This document shows positions 14,023-26,372 of a DNA stretch of 64,000 nt, one piece after another (the stretch's first letter is position 1; every line of letters starts with the position of its first letter). Where the stretch lies: assembly GCA_973895155.1 (NCBI GenBank), contig OZ316891.1, forward strand, positions 5,179,708 through 5,243,707, read 5' to 3'. The notes under the pieces are model-generated. The model had not been told where the DNA came from and ran no database searches. It worked only from the letters and a program-made list of their open reading frames with translations. The stretch comes from Marsupella aquatica (Eukaryota; Plantae; Marchantiophyta). Made by a program: the position numbers and the translations under genes.

Positions 14023-15224
14023 CGTGCGTGCTAGCACGCCCCGTCCGCGCTCCACTAAAGCACACAGCCAAGCTGGGGCCTCGTCTTAAATCTCTCCTTG
14101 TCACCCGTGTCCTACACCATCCAGCAAATTGAAATCTACACTAACCGCACTTCAAGCGCACTACTCAAATTGAAGAAGGCTCATGTCAGGTCAAACACGC
14201 CAAAGGCACTGCCACTGCAACGAGCGGCTTGACATCAAAACAGTTCAGTCATCCATTCACTAACTCAGTGAAACACTTCTCCCATCACAGCACAACCATT
14301 CTCCCTCAGTGTAGCAAACCAACTCCTTCCATTCGAGCCCTTTCCCTTCCAGAATGTCTAAGATATCGGCATCCCGAGTGGATGTTCACTTCAGGCTCAC
14401 TGCACAAACGCCATCGGGACCTAGGACCTCCAATCCACTGCACATCTACCCTAATTCCTCAAGCGCGCTGCAACACCGGTCCCGCTGAAAGATCCTCCCA
14501 TGCCTCCCGGCTCCGTTACTCCTTCCCCTTCATCTCACTCACTCACTCCCTTCCTTCCTCCTCCTCCTCCTCCTCACCTCGTACCTTGCTACATCAAATT
14601 CCACCGCGCCAATGCTCCCAAGCTCTCAACTACAATCCAATCCAATCCAATCGGTCCTCTGTCTCACTCACTCTGCGTCTCCCTGTCCTTCGAAATTCTC
14701 TGTCTATGGCCGATGGCGTGGAAGCACTTCAATCAAGCAAATTCAATCAATCAATCGATCCATCACTCGATCAATCGATGAGGGGAGACGAGAAACGCAG
14801 AGAGCTACAAGACGAGAATATGAAATCCTCAAATCGCAAGTGTCGACGATTGTCACTGCTCCTCCTCCACGAGACTGAAAGGCGAATACGAAGTTTGCGT
14901 TTTCGTTTGGAGCTTCTTGGCGGCCCAATGAGAAGTCTCCTGCCACTCGTTTAAAAAGTGTTGCTGGGGTTCCATTGGCGAAACTCGGGCGACAAACACG
15001 GCCGACTTTTATTTGATGGTGGATGAGTCGTGATGGATTTTCGGATCTGCGGTGACGATCGGTCCACTGACTCTGGATCGACGGCTCTGGATCACTGAGG
15101 TCCCGGCACGGGAAAAATCTGGCTCACTTTTTGTTCCGCCAGACAAGAAAATAATATACATAGAGAATCTTTTATTTATGTTATATTATTTTTATTTTCC
15201 CTTCCGTGGCCAGTCATCCATACG

Positions 15225-16058
15225 AGCATCTCCAGAGGTGACTACTATAGGGTTTTATTTGTAAGGATGCACGGAGTATGGCAATTTAAAACATTGTAAC
15301 TTCTCTGCTGAATGCAGGAAATGGTTGTGTAACCATTTTCCCCATACACTTCCCTGCAACTGAGGTTTTTTGCGACAACAATTATGTACAAAAATGGAGG
15401 TCTGGGCAAGGGTTTTAACCTAAATCTCACTCCAGAAAAGCTCAAAACAGAAAAGCTCAAAAGAGCTTCTAGGCTGTGGGCCATTAGGTTTTATTCATTT
15501 TCTAGGCATAGGGTTACAGGTTAGTAACCCAAGACCAAACCACCATTAAACCACCATTATCCTATACATTAGTGTCCCAGAACTTAGTAGTGGGTTCAAG
15601 ATTTCTCCCATAACCCAGATTATGTAATCAAGTTATTAAGGCAAACATTGACCCACCCATGAGGCAGAGATTGGGCCTCACCTTGGTCTTAGGAGTGTAT
15701 GGATAGAGGAGTCCAAGGGAACATAAGAAAAAATTCAAAAAAATAAAACCTTTTGGCTACTATGGACAGAGGAATACCAAGGGGACTTACGAAACTTTTC
15801 ATAACATTTGGCATGGACTGTTATTGACACATACTCTATGGACATAGAAATAGCAAGGTAACTTTTTGCATAGACCCTCATTATGAATAATCTTCTCTTT
15901 GTTTTCAATCTTGAATATGTACTAACTCCCTTAAAACCCCCTCCATTTAATGTTTGTTCTCTTGCCTCCATATTCAAACCTATTCCAAAGTGTAACTCTT
16001 CATTCTCTAACTTGTTAAATAACATCAAACTTACATATTAACTACTGTAGAGGTGCTC
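15225..16058. mobile_element. Putative Tourist/Harbinger-like non-autonomous element
   Basis: Left end gagcatctccagag (15225) and right end ctgtagaggtgctc (16045-16058) form an imperfect inverted pair around an AT-rich interior. No clean TSD. Confidence 0.4.
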
Positions 16059-17436
16059 AAACTAATTCAAATATGGTGTTTGCCCCCTCTGGACATCTTT
16101 TGTTTTTTCATTGTAATTTGTTTGGCACTTTTTGGTAAATGAACTTAACAGTGTTCATTCTTGGGACCTTTGACAACTCTCAGTTGCACTTTAGATATAG
16201 ATTGGCCCAGCCTGAAAAGTGAGGTTCACCTTGGGATGGTCCACAGCCTACTGCTGGTCTGCTTAGGCTGTGGACTGGCCTTTGGTCCCAGCACGGCCTT
16301 CTAAAGTTCCTGACATATAAAGCACGTGGCGAGAACCTGGTCCCAGCCATGACCATAAAGGGAATCTAAGTTTAAATATTTAATCTCTGAAATACCAAAA
16401 CGTGTGTTCTTGGGCGTAGTAATGTCAGTAAAACTCACTAAATATCTTTGTGAAACAGGGGGTTAATTTATTGTGTTTTTTAGGGTGCCAAGTGGCAGCC
16501 TGACCTAAATAGAATACCTCTAATCATAAAAAAATCTGTAAAACTAGTCTTAATTCGAATTTTAAAGAACTTATTTAAGTTTATGAAAGGCACACAATAA
16601 GAAAACAAATCCTATTTTTGTTACCTTTTTTACTTTCTACACCGTATGAAGATTTGATTAATATAATATGAAGATATTTGCTTTGGATCGCCCCTGGTGT
16701 CCACCATTTTTTGTAGTTGACCACAGTTGTGAAATTGTGGTTGGGGTTGTATTACAACTTAGTGCGAGCCAAAAGCTGTGGACCTTGGTATCAGCTTGTT
16801 TAAGCCACGTGGGTTTTAGTGATGTGAACAGAATCCTTTAAAGAATCATGGCAGCACCAAGGTTAGGGGAGAACCCAGGCTCCTATTAAACTTTGCTTGA
16901 ATATAATGTAAAATAGGCTACTTGGAGAGCCAACGCTCCCAATAAACTTTCGCATATATAACCCAAGTTCATCTAAAAGCCTTCAGATGTACCTTACATA
17001 AAACAATTGACACCACTTTGCCACTACCTATCAAATTTTGCTTGTCTTGATATTTTAGTCCTCCTAATGGGTTGACGTCCAACCCAAGTTGCAAGGACAC
17101 ACCTAAGCAACAACAGAAACAATTCTCTACAGCTCGATTGGATTGTTGGGATGATCTCAGTCGCTCCACTTGTGCACTGTTCAATGCTAGATGGGGTTAA
17201 CATGTAGGTCGGGACAAGCTTTTCCATGTATTGGCACCTTTCCAGATCAAGATTTATAGCCTTTATTAGATTATATTAGATAGACTAGATTGTGCCAATA
17301 GACCATATCCCTAGATTTGTCATCAAAGGATTAGATCAATTCGACAAGAAAACTTTCCAAAACTTCGAAACAAGGAACACGTGTGGCCCCCTCACAAAAC
17401 ACCTATCCATCAGTTCCATTCCATTCCAATATAAAA

Positions 17437-17981
17437 GAGCATCTTCAACCCTTCACTCATTTCCTTACTGTATACATGAAGTGTAACGTTATGAGCTTCC
17501 TTATTTTATATATATTGTATTGGTAGTGACAAACATGGTATGTCAAAATGCAAGTCAAAATGGTTTCTGGATTTTTTCCTATCTCCTCAAATAGGCCTTG
17601 TTGGATTGTGATCACTAATTAGTTAGGCAAAGGTCTATGAGCATCTCCAAAACCCAGTGAAGAAAATCTAAAAGTCAGGGTCCAACTCACTCATTTGAAA
17701 GTTATTTGGATTTCAGGAATGGAGTTTTTTGGTCACTGGATATGTATATGAGAGAGTCTATGCACTAGTTGACTCCTTACTGGGTTCATTGTTGGGTTTT
17801 CAAGATCTCAATTTAAGGTTGTAAGATTTTCATACCTGTTGTTTAGGGAATTTAGCTGGTTATGATTGGGGCTACTTTTCAGTTGGCCCCTAAAGATGTA
17901 CAGTGAACTAAATAGAGGACAATGTCAAACAGGGTTTTTAATGTACTCAATAAACAAAACCCTGTTGGGTTGGAGATACTC
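17437..17981. mobile_element. Tourist/Harbinger-like MITE
   Basis: TIRs gagcatcttcaaccc (17437) and gggttggagatactc (17967-17981), followed by TAA. A second left end gagcatctccaa lies at ~17640. Confidence 0.55.
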
Positions 17982-18769
17982 TAATGATCAAAGTATTGCT
18001 TTTTTTGTTTTTTGTTTATAAGAGAAGCCACCATGGCTAAGACCAGCCAGGCAGAAACAAACCACACAGAGGGCCACACACACCCCACGGCTACTAAACG
18101 CCAAAACCACCCTAACAGTACACAAGGTCACCTCCTAAAGAAGGGCCAAGGGGGGAGAAAGCAAAAAAACTGAGTTACACAACAGGCAAAGAAGGCACCA
18201 CCAGCAGGCAAAGGGGGGCCTCGACACTGGAATGAACAGGGTTCCAAGAGCAATGACCTAAGCTATGCGTGACTAGTGTCAGAACAAAATATTGTTGTAC
18301 TGTAGCTTTTTGCATCGTTGTATGACATTTTTCCAGTTTGAAAGATTTTTTTTTAATTCTCCAAAACTGTCCAGAATTACTACTTAGCCCTGTAATCTGA
18401 TTGGCCTCAATTTAAACCCTAACACTTGACAAAAAACATTCATCTGTCAAGGGTTAAGTAACATGGTAAATGATTGTCTAGCCCTGGCTAAGGTTATGAC
18501 ATAGATGAGTTAAGTTACATAGCTACTGTAGTCGAACCGTCACCCTCTTCTCAAGGCTCTTGTATAGATTATATTGCATTCTCTCAAGTGGTTACCCTCC
18601 TCTCAAGGGTCTTGTATAGACTAGATTGCATTCTCTAACGTCAATCTAAACATTGTGACATGCAATCCTACTTTTTTCTTTCTCAAGGTCTGTTTGATGA
18701 AATGTCATTGTAATGGAAAACATTTATTGGAGTCCAATTAAGGTGACATTTTTTTTTCTGACTGTGAGG

Positions 18770-19070
18770 CCTCAAGGTTCGCCAGTGCACCAATTTTACA
18801 CCCCACCAATCACTTCCCCACAAGCCAGAGACCTAAAGGCTCCCTTGTACACCATTCCCACGCCCCACCCCAATTTCCCAGCCAACCTAAAGGTTCCCCT
18901 GTGCACCCAATTTATGCCCCTTCAATGACTCTCCCCACAAGACATACACCTACAGGCTCCCTGGTGCACCTCACCTAAACGTTCCCCTATGCACCAATTT
19001 ACGCCCCTTCAACCACTCTGCTCACAAGCCATACACCTAAAGGCTCCATTGTGCACCTTTTCTGCCCTTG
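18770..19070. repeat. Degenerate C-rich minisatellite (~55-65 bp unit)
   Basis: Recurrent cctaaaggctccc...gtgcacc(caattt) units, about 5-6 copies. Confidence 0.65.
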
Positions 19071-20304
19071 CACCAAATCACACATCAAAATGTGATAATA
19101 TGTGTGCACTCATTGATTTAAAAAAATAATAAAAATTTATCATGGTATGGAGGGATGTCTTACACCTACTTTTCCGCGCCCTTTCCCGCGCCCCACCTCA
19201 ATTTCCCAACAACTTGCACACTCTTTAAATGCACTTGTTGGCCCAGATTCAATCTTGCTTCATGGCGAACTGAGAAGGAAATTTCATCCCTCACGACCAC
19301 CACGGAATCTCAGCCAGTTTCAGGAAGATTCTGTAAGATTCTGAACTTTGACCTGGAGAAGAGGAGCCAAGGATTTAGAAGAGTATTCCTTCCACGCAAG
19401 GTTCTCAGCAACCACTGAGAACTTTCCTAGACCCACCTAAGTTGTCAGAAATTGCTTTCCCTACAATTAATGTCACCGACAGCGCACGTAGTTACCTGCA
19501 TTGGATATCATGCGTTCAAGCTGCCATCATTTTTCTTTTCAGTTTCAATCGGTGTACTGTGTCGGTGAATATTCAAGGAGCTTTCCACGGTCGTGCAGTA
19601 CAATTTCAGAAGCTTCCCTCTTCTACAATTGGAATTTGATCACAAGCAAACCTCTTCATCCGGTGCCCTGACAGTAGCACAGGTTGATCTCGGATGATGA
19701 AAAACGCACCATTAGCTGCTTTCAGCTTGTTTACTTTTCAAGATCATCAAGAGGCAAATTGGATGAAAATCAATCGAACTTGACCAACTCCTGCTCCAGG
19801 AATTCCAGGTATTTAATCTAGAACAATTTGCTCGATGAGGGCTACTCTTGGAATAAATGAATAGAATATACAGAATCGACACCCCAACTTCACTATCTGA
19901 TCTAAAAAAAACTGAGGACTAAGTGAGTATTGCAATGATGATTTCATCACAGCACCCCTCCGACATTTCAGTGGCATGATACACATCTGGTAGACCCTAA
20001 CAGAATGGCATTGTACTTCAAATCTGCCTACCCTAATGCAAAGATGGAGATCACGAGCACCACAGAGAGTTGGAGACTACTTTCTCGCAAAGGCTCTCTC
20101 TCCAGTGGGCATTGGGGAGTGGCGCAAGTGGGCCATTTCCCTAGCACTGCACCAAGACTGAGCAATCTTACACTTTGGAAACAGAACTCGCTCGTGGAGA
20201 CGAAAAGGGTGGTAACGAACTCAAATATCTGCATTCACAAATGAATGTCCGACCCGCTGTGCACGAAGTAGTCCAAACAACACATGGGGGTTTGGATATG
20301 GATA

Positions 20305-22218
20305 TTAGACCGTCTGGGTATTCTTGTTTCCTCCTGAAGGCCGATTCGTACCGAGTCCTAGCCCTAAACCTAAACCTACAGGTGCAGAGCTTCCTTGACC
20401 ATGGCTATGGTTACATCCCGCTCCATGTACATGATGGCTTCCACCTACAATTCCCAGGCTTCCAACCGCACTTGCCACATTCAAACTACCTTGATCCTGA
20501 GCAGCTGCATTGCCACTGTTGTGAACACGATGTCCAGGAAGATGTTCCATCAGCTGGATAAGACCACCTCTGTCCTCCACCTGAGATGCGGAAGCGACCT
20601 CGACGTCACTGCTGAATCCTGTCAGGCAAAATTCGCTGCAGTTCTTCCGGATCCCATGGTCATAAATATTTTTGAAACGCCCATCAGAACCTTTCAGATA
20701 ATTATACCGCATAGAGTTGGCTACCTCGTTTGTAGTTATATTTCGAGCAATCTGGGTCGCCTGCAGGCCCGTCAATGTTGCAACACCAAATAATAGAAAG
20801 ACGTCTATAGAGAGAAAAGTTAGTGCTCCGGGGTGGTGGGAAGAAACGTGCCGCCACCATGAACCAGTCCCCGATGGAGCATTTTCATCCACATATAAAC
20901 GATGAAATGTGACAATTGCTCCAATAATCATAGCGCTTGTCTCCATTAACAAGAAAATGAAGAAGTCCCATTTGTTCAACTTCCCAACACAATTGGAGAT
21001 CCAAGGGCAATGGTGATCGAACTGCTCCACGCACCGATTGCAAGAAGCGCAATGCTTGGAACGGACCGGCCTGACAATCTTACAAGTAGGACACAATTGG
21101 GCCCAGTAGCCTGCTAAGATAGCAGGATTATTTGCCTGTGATAACAGCGGATCTTGCACCCCCTTTCCATCCAACTGTGCCGGTTGAACGTATCCGGGGT
21201 CTTTGCTGCTACTCCGGTAGAGAAGAAAGAGTCCCCCAGTAGCCAGAAAGACCACAAGCCAACCCCACAGTCCCAGGCTAGCCGTGATGGGAACAAATGA
21301 TGATGAGATAATGACGGAATTGATTAACAACAACACCATTCCTATCAGTACCACCCACAAAACAGGAGCAAGTCCCAACCTTGCAATCTTTCCTAGACGT
21401 CCCTTTGAATCCCACCGACCGTTAAACACCCTCCGGGCGTTAGACAAAAACAGAGCCACATGACGATAACCTCTGTCAGAAGCGAGCTGAGCAGCGGTGA
21501 ACCCACCCGATTCTGTTTGCAACAAATCCTCCAACGCACCAGCTTGGACGAGAACTGTACAAGCCTCCAAATTACCTCTTATGGCCGACCAGTGCAATGG
21601 AGTACAACCCTCTTTGTCCTGTCGACGAAGATATGCCCCCATGAACAGAAGCAGTCTCACGGAATCAGAAAAGCCCTTATATGCTGCCCAATGCAGGGGG
21701 CTCCGAGAATCATTATCTGGGGCATCTAACTCCGCACTCCACTTCGTGACAAGGTTATACAGCAGATAAGTGTGCCCATATTGAGCGGCAACATGAGTGG
21801 TACGGTACCCGTGTGAATCTGCAGCCTCAAGTCGAGCTCCATGTTGAAGGAGCAGCTCGGCAACCTGGACTGACCCTCGCACAGCTGTCCAATGCAGTGC
21901 AGTCTGTCCCGTGTAGTCAGCGGCATGCACATCCGCCCCATGCTCGAGCAAATACTGGGCGGCTACTGCACGGTCGTTCAACGCGCTCCACTGTAAGGCA
22001 TAATACCCTCCTGCATCCGGTACCGACACCGAGCATCCCTCCTGTTCCACTAAACGTATAAGCTTCTCTAAATCTCCATATGCTGCCGCTGTGTACACAT
22101 CATCCCTCCGTTCCTCCTGCCCCTCCTCCTGCTGGTTGCTTGTGCTATCACTTCCTCCGTCGGTGCTCGGCGTTGATGAGGCCCTCGGCGTTTCCACCAC
22201 CTCAATTTCTGAAGCCAT
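20305..22218 (-). CDS. TIP1: Ankyrin-repeat DHHC protein S-acyltransferase (TIP1/PAT24-PAT23 type), intronless CDS, 637 aa
   Basis: N-terminal ankyrin repeats (DVYTAAAYGDLEKL, GQTALHW, RSPLHWAAYKG, GCTPLHWSA), DPG, CPTCKIVRPVRSKHCASCNRCVEQFDHHCPWISNCVG, NITTNE, and a C-terminal HVHGAGCNHSH / GLGLGLG tail. Confidence 0.93.
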   Translation of the reverse strand: MASEIEVVETPRASSTPSTDGGSDSTSNQQEEGQEERRDDVYTAAAYGDLEKLIRLVEQEGCSVSVPDAGGYYALQWSALNDRAVAAQYLLEHGADVHAADYTGQTALHWTAVRGSVQVAELLLQHGARLEAADSHGYRTTHVAAQYGHTYLLYNLVTKWSAELDAPDNDSRSPLHWAAYKGFSDSVRLLLFMGAYLRRQDKEGCTPLHWSAIRGNLEACTVLVQAGALEDLLQTESGGFTAAQLASDRGYRHVALFLSNARRVFNGRWDSKGRLGKIARLGLAPVLWVVLIGMVLLLINSVIISSSFVPITASLGLWGWLVVFLATGGLFLLYRSSSKDPGYVQPAQLDGKGVQDPLLSQANNPAILAGYWAQLCPTCKIVRPVRSKHCASCNRCVEQFDHHCPWISNCVGKLNKWDFFIFLLMETSAMIIGAIVTFHRLYVDENAPSGTGSWWRHVSSHHPGALTFLSIDVFLLFGVATLTGLQATQIARNITTNEVANSMRYNYLKGSDGRFKNIYDHGIRKNCSEFCLTGFSSDVEVASASQVEDRGGLIQLMEHLPGHRVHNSGNAAAQDQGSLNVASAVGSLGIVGGSHHVHGAGCNHSHGQGSSAPVGLGLGLGLGTNRPSGGNKNTQTV

Positions 22219-24650
22219 GTTGTTGGGACTTTAGAACGCCCACTTTTCACAACTCCTCACTGCCCTTCACACATCTGTCCTAGTGGTGATCGGCGGAGAC
22301 CACAGATTTGTGGAACAACTCAGAACCCCTTCCAGCTTGGTGTCCGATGGGGCCCAGGGTAAAGCCTTCACAACCCCTACAGACAGTCAAAATGCACAAC
22401 TGGTCAGCCCTACGCTAAGGAAAATAAGAAACCAAATGGAACTCTCGTTCGCCACTCGTCAATTAACAAAACTCACCTCCGACCACTCGCCTGTCTCCTC
22501 ATCCTCTCCGAATCGGGAAAATAGAGGTGACGCGGACAGACGCACAACTCGGACATCCATGGGACGGCTCAAACTCTCAAACACAGAGCATATCTCAAAA
22601 CCCCACTCGTCACAATCACCGACCCACTAATGAGATTTCCGACTCTTCAGGTGGACGACACAGATCCCAATAACAATTTCTCCAAGGACAGAGTCTGCGA
22701 CAGGATTAGGGCAAAGCCTTCAAAGCAAGAGAGAGAATTCGCAGTCCACCCAGAGAGAACCACGGAATAAAATTTTCCATTCGCCTCACCTCTGCAAAGA
22801 AGACCGTTCCAAGAGTTTCTTTATCCCGTCATCTGAAATCCAGGCCACATGCAATCAATCGCTCACTCAGGGAGAGCAGGAGACCCAAGAGGCATCAGTC
22901 GAAGAGCCAAGTAAAAGGTGCTGCAACACACAAACCTCTCCTCTCCTCTCCTCTCCTCTCCTCCGATCTACCTGTACCTCGGCGAATCGTTTCTCCTGGT
23001 CATGACCTCATCTGCCTCCTCGTCCACGCGCACACACGAACGCAAGCAGGCCCTGCTCTGTTCTCATCGACTAAAACGATAGGGCTTCGACCCTCGTCGG
23101 CATTCCCCCTGATCAGAATGCTGCTCCGCTGCTGCTCCAGAGATGGTGGCCGCCCCCGGCTTCGACGTTAGCTTCGTCGCGCACCCATCGTCTGGCGCTG
23201 AAGTCCGCGATTTCCCCACATCCTCTTACATTCTTACAAAGTCAGCAAAGACTCCAGTATTTTGTAGTAACGCAGCACGAGTAAAACCGGTCTTCTCGTC
23301 TTTGTACGTGTCATCTCGATGGATCGAATTTCGATGTGTTTCTTTCTCTGGAAAAAAAGGAAGGAGCGAAGAAAGCCGACTCATTTACCGTCCGTCATTT
23401 ACCGTCCGCCTCAGTTTCCAAAGACACGCCAAAATAGCGTGCGCCGTCGACGGACGGGGGGAAGGAACCGTCGAGAGATTTACCGTGTGCCCTTCGCCGG
23501 TTTGGTCGACGGCCGGCCGGTAGAATGGCCCTGGGCCTCGGGGGACGGTTGCTGACCGTAGACCGCACCGACGGGGTGGTTGGGACTCTGTGGGCCTTGG
23601 TTAGGTGACGGAGCTGGCGCCGAGCTTGGAGAACTGCTGCCGCAGTGGAGACTACTGTAGGTGATGGCAGCTATTTTTTTTGGTAGGCTAATTTTCCAGA
23701 AATTGATGTTCACCACTCTGATGTACTGTACCTGGCTACTTATAAGGAACAACACCCACCCATGTAAGAGATAAATCTGGGTGTATTATGGTAAGGAACT
23801 TCAGTCCCACAGGAAGCCTGGGCAGTCTCATGGCAGTCCGCGTTAAACCACACTAGTGTCCACCAGGTTTTGGGAGGACCGAATAGAGCAGTTTCTTATT
23901 GTTTTGAACTCATTTTTGCTTTATTTAATAACCTGGATCCACAAGGTTTTTGTTTCAGGGACAGTGGCGATTTAAGTCTGAGGAGAAGTGCCACACACCC
24001 TCAGCCCAGCATGCATACTTGTGTAGTGTGATTTTACCATTTGATACCTGGCTAATTAATTGGAGCAGAACCTATTGAAGGAGGGACACTAATGGAGGTT
24101 TTGTGAGATGAGGGTGCTTGCTGGTTTGCTGTGGAGAGTCATTTTGCTGTGGTAGGGATTCAGGTTTGGTGAGATGAGGGTGACTCAAGTTTGCTGGTTT
24201 GCTGCGGAGAGTCATTTCGCTGTGGAGAGGGGGACGGGTTAGTCACTTAACACGTGAGATAAAAAAGTGTCATTTTAGTAGATAATCTTAAAAAAGGTGG
24301 CAAGTGGCAATCAATATGTATAGGAAAACCCAACAATCAATTGATTAATATTTATGCACGGTCAAAATCTAGAAGTTAGGGCCCAGAGTTGTGAAGTGAA
24401 ATCTCTGAACTATGACTTTCAAGCCTGGGCACAACTACAGTGGGGTTGGAACTGAAAACAGGCACCATCCAGTTATAAGCAAAGTTCCTGCATATGGGCT
24501 AGGTGATTATGAAAGTGATGAAACCAGTTATATTTATATATATATCAAGCATGCTCAATTAAGTTTTCATTATTAATAATATTATTTTCCTCCTATAATG
24601 TGAAAAAGGGGGAAAGTCTTGGACACCTTCATATATGGCCACTGTTAAGC

Positions 24651-24790
24651 TAAAGTGGCCTCTTAGTTGCCTTAGGGGTATATTTTAAAGTGGCCTCTTA
24701 GTTGCTAAGGGGGTATATTTTAAAGTGGCCTCTTAGTTGCTAAGGGGTATATTTTAAAGTGGCCTCTTAGTTGCTAAGGGGTATATTTTA
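24651..24790. repeat. ~33-35-bp tandem repeat x4
   Basis: taaagtggcctcttagttgctaaggggtatattt repeated four times. Confidence 0.9.
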
Positions 24791-25020
24791 TCTCCTGGAC
24801 ATCCTCTCTAGGCATGCTGGGTCCACCATGTCCACCATGTATTGGGGACAAAATATCCCATAAAGCAGCACCTGTAGCCCATAACGTGTAAACATTACTT
24901 TTCAAGTTTGTGGACTAGAACTAGTCGTCAATTCAATCAAACAGCAATCTCCCTGATGGAATTTGGCCAAAATTTACACTGGAGGGGGAGTACGTTGAAT
25001 CTTACTATATGGTGCTCAGC

Positions 25021-25846
25021 TTCTCCGATCCACTGACAAAATTGCTTCAAACCATAGATACATCATGGCTTCTTCGATCCACTCGCAAAATTGGTTCAGA
25101 CCACAGAGAGATGGCTTCTTCGATCCTTTGACAAATTCCTTCAGACCCTAGACACATGGCTTCTTGTAGACTGACAAAATTTCTTCAGAACATAGACACA
25201 TGGCTTCTTCGATCCACTGACAAAATTTCTTCAGACCATAGATCCATGGCTTCTTCTAGATCCACTGACAAAATTTTCTTCGAACCATAGATCGATGGCT
25301 TCTTCGATCCTTTGACAAAATTCCTTCAGACCACAGATAGGCTGACAAAATTTCTTCAGGCCGTAGACACATGGCTTCTTCGATCCACTGACAGTTTCTT
25401 CAGACCATAGATCCGTGGCTTCTTCTAGATCGACTGACAAAATTTCTTCAAACGATAGATAGATATATGGCTTCTTCGATCCTTTGACAAAATTCCTTCA
25501 GACCATAGACAGGATGACAGAATTTCTTCAGGCCATAGACACATGGCTTCTTCGATCCACTGACAATGTTTCTTCAGACCATAGATCCGTGGCTTCTTCT
25601 AGATCCACTGACAATTTCTTCAAACGATAGATCGATGCCTTCTTCGACCCTTTGACAAAATTCCTTCAGACCATAGATCGGCTGACAAATTTTCTTCGGG
25701 CCATAGACACATGGCTTCTTCGATCTACTGACAAAGTTTCTTCAGACCATAGATACATGCTTCTTCTAGACTGACAAACTTTGATCATATTGACACATGG
25801 TTTCTTCTCTTCATTGACAAAATTTCTTCAGACCATAGATACATGG
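25021..25846. repeat. ~45-bp minisatellite (~19 monomers) with a ~170-bp four-monomer higher-order repeat
   Basis: Consensus atggcttcttcgatccactgacaaaatttcttcagaccatagacac. The order of variants (cgatccac / ctagatc / cgatccttt / short monomer) recurs three times from ~25200 to 25710. Confidence 0.92.
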
Positions 25847-26372
25847 CAGATAGACCTAAGTCCGTCGTTAAAAGTAGGACTTGAGAGGGCAAGCTCGCTT
25901 CAAACAGTGAACATTGCTAAGCATGGTAGCGAGATCGCGGTTAAACGATTTCGGGGCTCCAGCCTCGAGAGGACTCAACGTTATTCAAAGCACCCATATG
26001 ACGTTGTTGGTCTCTATAGTCAACGATTCGTATAGTTTGTCTCTGGTCTGTGGGATCGAGATGATGGCGTCGACAGACTGGTCGGCCTCGATCGTCTAAT
26101 GAAGTACTTGGCAGCCTGAGGACGGAGAATCAAAGCTGACTCAAGGCTATGTTCAAGACGTAGACTCCTTCAATCTGTAGGAGAATTAACTGAGCTGTGA
26201 CTCAATGTTGAAGGGAGAGAGAACTGACCGGTGACAGTTCATTGCTTCAGAACGGTATATTGTTGTAGTACATGTAGAGACCTACCATTTGATTATTTAA
26301 GGCCAGAAATTCGATGTGAATGATTGTGGAGAGCGTCTGAGTGAAAGAATTCCAGGTGAGGGATAGACCACG

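Noticed and set aside
14229-14954. 241-aa + strand ORF
   Set aside because: Non-ATG start, S/P/L-rich antisense reading of the FtsHi3 5' leader region.
16239-16275. 12-bp hairpin gtccacagccta/taggctgtggac as a Helitron 3' end
   Set aside because: No CTRR terminus at the expected distance; sits in repeat-derived DNA.
25021-25846. CRISPR-like appearance of the 45-bp array
   Set aside because: Monomers abut with no unique spacers, there are no cas genes, and the context is a spliced eukaryotic genome.
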